Positions 59,526 through 64,000 of a stretch of 64,000 bases of DNA are shown in pieces. The stretch is taken from the NCBI GenBank assembly GCA_965214095.1, contig OZ243938.1, positions 2,944,001 through 3,008,000 of the forward strand. The letters are read 5' to 3'. The notes below the pieces were generated by a model. That model had not been told where the DNA came from, searched no databases, and saw only the letters and a program-made list of their open reading frames with translations. Within the stretch, counting starts at the first letter, position 1. The number at the start of each line of letters is the position of its first letter. This DNA is from Candidatus Poribacteria bacterium. Its GTDB lineage: Bacteria; Poribacteria; WGA-4E; WGA-3G. The position numbers and the translations under genes were made by a program.

Positions 59526-62500
59526 CTAAATTTTCAAATCTGCCCAACGGATCGTAAGCTTTCCACTGGCAGACACGAATCCTCTCAGACGAACAGTTGC
59601 TAACTGCACCCGTTCCCCAGCATGCGACACATCCTCTATCCGATAATAGTAGACAGTATTCGGTTTAGCAGTGGCATCTGTCCATGTGTATTCATTGCGT
59701 TCACCTGTTGTGCCAGCACCTTGAATCATTGTTGGATTGACGACCTTGAATTCACCCTCCTTTGTTTCACGGCGGTAGATGTAGAATCCTGCATTGTCAA
59801 CTTCTGATTCGGTGATCCATTTGAGGATAACACCTATATTAGTAAGTTCTGCTGTGAAATGGGATAGGGTAACGGGCACAGCACTATTACCTCTATATCC
59901 GGGGTTGCCAATATCTGTGATACTACCCCAATACCTTGTGATTAACAATGGGAAGTTTGACGTACTTACCCAATTGTCTAAAGCCGTACCGTCAAGCGGT
60001 GTGCGCGTATCCATGTCATAACGACGCAATATTGAAGCGCGTGCGCCGTTTTCCGTTGTGCCAGAAGGTATTTCCCACAAGGGTTCATCTGATGTGGCGG
60101 GATCACCATCCAGATTTCCTATAACGTCAATGACGATACCATCCGGATCTGTTAACTTCAAGGAAAACCCAATTTGTCCAAGTACCATATTACGATGTTG
60201 ATTCTGTTCAAAATCATTGAAGTGATGGCTGAAAAAGTTGTAGATGCGATTCTCAGTGAATCCATCAGATTTACGTCCTGCGTTCCATGTCACCATCAAG
60301 ACAGTCTGGTCCGGAGGAATAGATAAATCCTCAAGCGTGACAACTACATGTCGATGTTTTCCGTTTGCGTCTCGTGCTTCAATTGTGAGTTGCCACCCCT
60401 TTAAATTCACAGCATTTGTTTTAGAATTATTATAGAGTTCCATCCATTGGGCAAGTGAATGTAACCCACCCCTTGAAGTGAACATCAACTCGCTAAAACT
60501 GACCTGTCCTTGAGTAGAACTCCCACTTATAGGTGTGGTTTCATCAACTTCGGTTTCTATTGTTGGATCTTCGGTCTCTTTTTCTGATGGTTGATTTTCC
60601 CCTTCCTGCGTAACATTTATTGTGACCGTAATACTGGCAGAACTCCCATTGCCATCAGAAACAGAGACTACAACGGTATATTCGTTTTTCATGTCATAAT
60701 CAAGTGTGGCTTTCGTTTTCAATTGCCCCGTATTACTATCAATGTCAAACGACGTTGCATCCGTGCCGCTAATAGAATAGGTCAATGTGTCCCCGCTGTC
60801 AGGATCTGTAGCAGTTATAGGACTACCAACGGCTTCACCAGCACTAGTGTTCTCTTCTATTGAACGTGACGTGCCATTACTATCACCGAATATAGGCGGG
60901 TTGTTAACAGCGGTTTCATTCACATCTTGTATGTTGATTGTCACGTTGATGATGTCAGTATTACCTTGTGTGTCCGAGACTGTCACGGTTATGGTATAGG
61001 TAGATTTCGTTTCATAATCCAATTCAACACCCACTTTAGTTGTTAGTTGTCCAGTTAATTGATTGATAGTGAATGAAGCTGCGTCCACCCCACTAAGAGT
61101 ATAAGTGAGTGTGTCGTTATCTGCATCGGTTGCGGTTATCGGACTACCGATGTTAACGTTTGCCACGGTCTCTTCAAATACCGAGCGCGTCGCATTGCTA
61201 CCCTCTGTAAACTCTGGCGACCTATTAACAACCGTTACAGGATCAATGTCAATAATCAAATCCGGATTCTGGTTTTGTAATGCCTGAAGCGGTGTTCTAT
61301 TTTGAATCCGATTACCTCTAAGTTGTAGATCTGTAAGGCTTTCCAAATTTGAGAGCGGCTTGACATCGGTAATCTGATTGTCACTTAGGATTAACGTTTC
61401 TAATCTTGTCAAGTCTGCAAGTGGTGCTAAATCACTAATTTGATTCTTAGCAAGATCTAAAAAATGTAAATTGATTAGTCCTGCAAGTGGTGTTAAATCG
61501 CTAATTTGATTGTCATCTAATGATATGTTTGTTAATTGTGATAGCCCTGCAAGCGGTGTTATGTCTTGGATATTATTATTAATGAAACCCATACAGTGTG
61601 TATTCACAGCATATTCAATGCCAGTGAGATCGCTTATCTGATGATTTGTCGGATAAAAATTCTCTAATCGCTGCATATCCTGTGATGAAATAAGATTTCC
61701 AGAAGTTATCCCTAGATGTTCTCGGATGGCAGCCGCTAAGTTATCATCGGGAAATGATATATTAGTTGGAGATAACAAGGTGGAAATGTCGGTTGTAAAT
61801 GTTTGTGATGAATAACTACCATATACATCTATGACATAAAGACTGAAACTGCCATTGCTTGTAATCAATCCTAACTGATCGTTAATTGCAAATTCAATAG
61901 TAGCATTTTCACTGCTTAATGTTTTACACGCAATTACGTCGTAACCTGTAGTTAATTGTGCTTGATGGAGTCCATCAGAATCAGTTATCTGAAAACTGAA
62001 TAGGACAGTATCAGGTGGAGATGCAACTGGTGTTAACATCTGTATTGTTGTTGATCCACTGGAGGAAGTTTGTCCCGGATTGAAGTATGGGTGCACATCT
62101 AACCATTCTGCAAAACAGTAAGACGAGAGCATCAGGTCAGGAGTATATGAGTTTGAAATTAATGTATCATCTTTTATTGCATGATGCAGCAACCCAAAAG
62201 TGTGAGCGAGTTCGTGTGCTATAATATCTGCTTCAAAATACGATCCGGAAGCAGGAAGAAGTGCTACATCACCAGTTGCTTGTGCTACATTATATAAACT
62301 ACCACCACTAACATCTATGATGACTAAACTTTTACTATCTGAAGACAAATTAAGTTCATCCGTTACATGGCTTAAATATTTATCATGATACCAGGCATCA
62401 TTGTGCTGTCCGGTCACGTGTTGTACTACAGCATTTCCGGTTGAATCGGCTTCGAACGCAAAAGTTTTACTCCCAAACCCTTGTTTATCCATCAATTCCA

Positions 62501-62693
62501 TGAACATTGACTGAGCATCTTTTATCATGCTATCTAATGTAGCATCTATATCATCTGGAGCCGTTCGGTCATTTGGTATAAGTAAGTATGTCTTGACTTC
62601 TTGTGCGGAACTGTTCAGCACAAATACAAGCGATACAAATGTTAGTAGTGTAAGTGTGAAATAGAGAGTTGTTTTCATGCGTTTGTTCTCCAT
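59526..62693 (-). CDS. Secreted metzincin-LRR-cadherin x2-lamin-tail protein with KLT.RW C-terminal tag
   Basis: HELAHTFGLLH; LRRs; LDYETK and LDYDMK cadherins; SELM...QWMELYN lamin-tail; PVTLSHF Ig domain; VSASGKLTIRWADLK. Confidence 0.87.
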   Translation of the reverse strand: MENKRMKTTLYFTLTLLTFVSLVFVLNSSAQEVKTYLLIPNDRTAPDDIDATLDSMIKDAQSMFMELMDKQGFGSKTFAFEADSTGNAVVQHVTGQHNDAWYHDKYLSHVTDELNLSSDSKSLVIIDVSGGSLYNVAQATGDVALLPASGSYFEADIIAHELAHTFGLLHHAIKDDTLISNSYTPDLMLSSYCFAEWLDVHPYFNPGQTSSSGSTTIQMLTPVASPPDTVLFSFQITDSDGLHQAQLTTGYDVIACKTLSSENATIEFAINDQLGLITSNGSFSLYVIDVYGSYSSQTFTTDISTLLSPTNISFPDDNLAAAIREHLGITSGNLISSQDMQRLENFYPTNHQISDLTGIEYAVNTHCMGFINNNIQDITPLAGLSQLTNISLDDNQISDLTPLAGLINLHFLDLAKNQISDLAPLADLTRLETLILSDNQITDVKPLSNLESLTDLQLRGNRIQNRTPLQALQNQNPDLIIDIDPVTVVNRSPEFTEGSNATRSVFEETVANVNIGSPITATDADNDTLTYTLSGVDAASFTINQLTGQLTTKVGVELDYETKSTYTITVTVSDTQGNTDIINVTINIQDVNETAVNNPPIFGDSNGTSRSIEENTSAGEAVGSPITATDPDSGDTLTYSISGTDATSFDIDSNTGQLKTKATLDYDMKNEYTVVVSVSDGNGSSASITVTINVTQEGENQPSEKETEDPTIETEVDETTPISGSSTQGQVSFSELMFTSRGGLHSLAQWMELYNNSKTNAVNLKGWQLTIEARDANGKHRHVVVTLEDLSIPPDQTVLMVTWNAGRKSDGFTENRIYNFFSHHFNDFEQNQHRNMVLGQIGFSLKLTDPDGIVIDVIGNLDGDPATSDEPLWEIPSGTTENGARASILRRYDMDTRTPLDGTALDNWVSTSNFPLLITRYWGSITDIGNPGYRGNSAVPVTLSHFTAELTNIGVILKWITESEVDNAGFYIYRRETKEGEFKVVNPTMIQGAGTTGERNEYTWTDATAKPNTVYYYRIEDVSHAGERVQLATVRLRGFVSASGKLTIRWADLKI

Positions 62694-62707
62694 TTTATTG
62701 ATTCTGG

Positions 62708-62758
62708 ATGGGAGATTGGAAAATAGAAACGTTTATCTCCGACTTTCCAATCTCTCAT
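62708..62758. terminator. Stem-loop after the 62769 stop codon
   Basis: atgggagattggaaa...tttccaatctctcat. Confidence 0.45.
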
Positions 62759-62768
62759 GTTTTCAAAT

Positions 62769-64000
62769 CTACTTCATTATTAACATCTTACGCGTAGCAG
62801 AGTAATCGCCAGCGGTGAGCGTGTAGAAATACAAGCCACTCGCGACTTTTTCACCGAACTCATTTTTACCATCCCAATATGCAGCACGTGAACGACTTTG
62901 ATAGATACCCGCCGCTTGCTGTCCAAGCGACAACGTCCGCACCAGTGTACCGTTCATAGCATAGATATGCACTGACACATCCGCATCCTTTGACAAGTGA
63001 TACGGAATCCACGTCTCTGGATTGAATGGGTTAGGAAAGTTTGGGAGGAGAACATTTTGTTTCGGAGTCAACACTTCAAGAAGTTGTTCTAAGAATTGAA
63101 TTCCATGTAAAGACTTTGCATCCGTTATGTTTAGCTGCTGGGCCTGCGATAACCACATTTCAACATCTGCAGCGGAAAGCATAGATAGTGCCTGCGCCCT
63201 TAGAGAAGGTGCAGAAGCAGTTGTCCAAATGCACTAGCAACGGCAACAAGGTCAAGGATATTAACTACATTATCATCGTTGACATCAGCATCATTTTCAC
63301 CGCGCTGCCCGAAATTGTTGGCAACCGATACTAAATCAAGGATATTGACAACACCGTCTTTGTTCACATCCTCTTTGAGAAACACAGGTGCGCCAAAGTC
63401 TATAATGCCAATACCGACAGAACTAATATCGCCTTCATCGCCGTAGTAGGTCTTTTGGTAATCGGAGAGGTCAGCATCTGCCGCGGATACCCAACTGTTC
63501 ACCAATGTGCCATCTAGTGGTTCATCATCGTCATAAAGCCGAATGAGCGATGTCCGGTTACCTGCTTGGGTTCTACCTCGGTTATAATCATAAGGTAAAT
63601 CCCATACCATTTGACTACCATCATAGTTTCCTGCCTGATCTACGATGTTGCCATCTTTATCAATCAACTGAATAAGGAATCCATTTCCACTTAAAAATGT
63701 ATCCCAGAAACTAATATCTAAACCACCTCTCTCACTAAGTTCGAAGATTTGGTCATCCATGAACCCACCTGAGTTTTCATCATCGTCTACAACTATTAGG
63801 AGAAAGTCATTCGGCCAAAGCCGTGGTGCCTCACCCCAAAACTCGTCTTCAAATACAATAGTCGCATTGACCGGACCGTCTAAATTCACAGCGTCTGCGT
63901 TATGAACAACGAGTTTCCAACCCGTCATATTTATCGGTTCTGACCCATTATTGTATATTTCTATCCATTGCGGTGGTGTAAAGCTTGGTTCCGACCCATA
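62769..64000 (-). CDS. Lamin-tail-dockerin-FlgD/T9SS-like CTD protein (5' partial; frameshift near 63221)
   Basis: Frame open to window edge (PQWIEIYNN); dockerin DVNKDGVVNILDL; adding one A (caa[a]ctg) gives GQTASAPSLRAQALSM, joining the 62769 ORF. Confidence 0.85.

Overview
This is a moderately AT-rich bacterial chromosomal segment. Its protein signatures (WD40 'LPEGAIARLGKG' starts, C-terminal 'NYPNPFNPETWIPY...RKMLIxK' domains, 'KLTTTWAKIK' tails, many PhyH/LamG/LRR/dockerin proteins) suggest Candidatus Poribacteria, a sponge symbiont; this is an inference. Core content: a MoxR-DUF58-VWA operon, rho-rpmE-prfA-prmC, an actinobacterial-type (Sdh1/type F) three-gene succinate dehydrogenase, a MogA/MoaB protein, and an ECF transporter whose A and T genes are separated by 8.5 kb. 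The right half holds large secreted modular proteins (metzincin protease, LRR, Ig/cadherin, WD40, lamin-tail, dockerin) ending in one of two alternative C-terminal tags, plus one cohesin-dockerin-VWA protein. The intergenic DNA carries at least three distinct non-autonomous miniature transposon families (TTA/TAA, TA and 8-bp target duplications). Each contains a GTAG-type REP hairpin, and they are sometimes nested; the empty allele for one nested insertion is in this same window. Four small frameshifts, three at short homopolymers, look like sequencing errors. No rRNA, tRNA, CRISPR array, transposase or reverse transcriptase was recognised.
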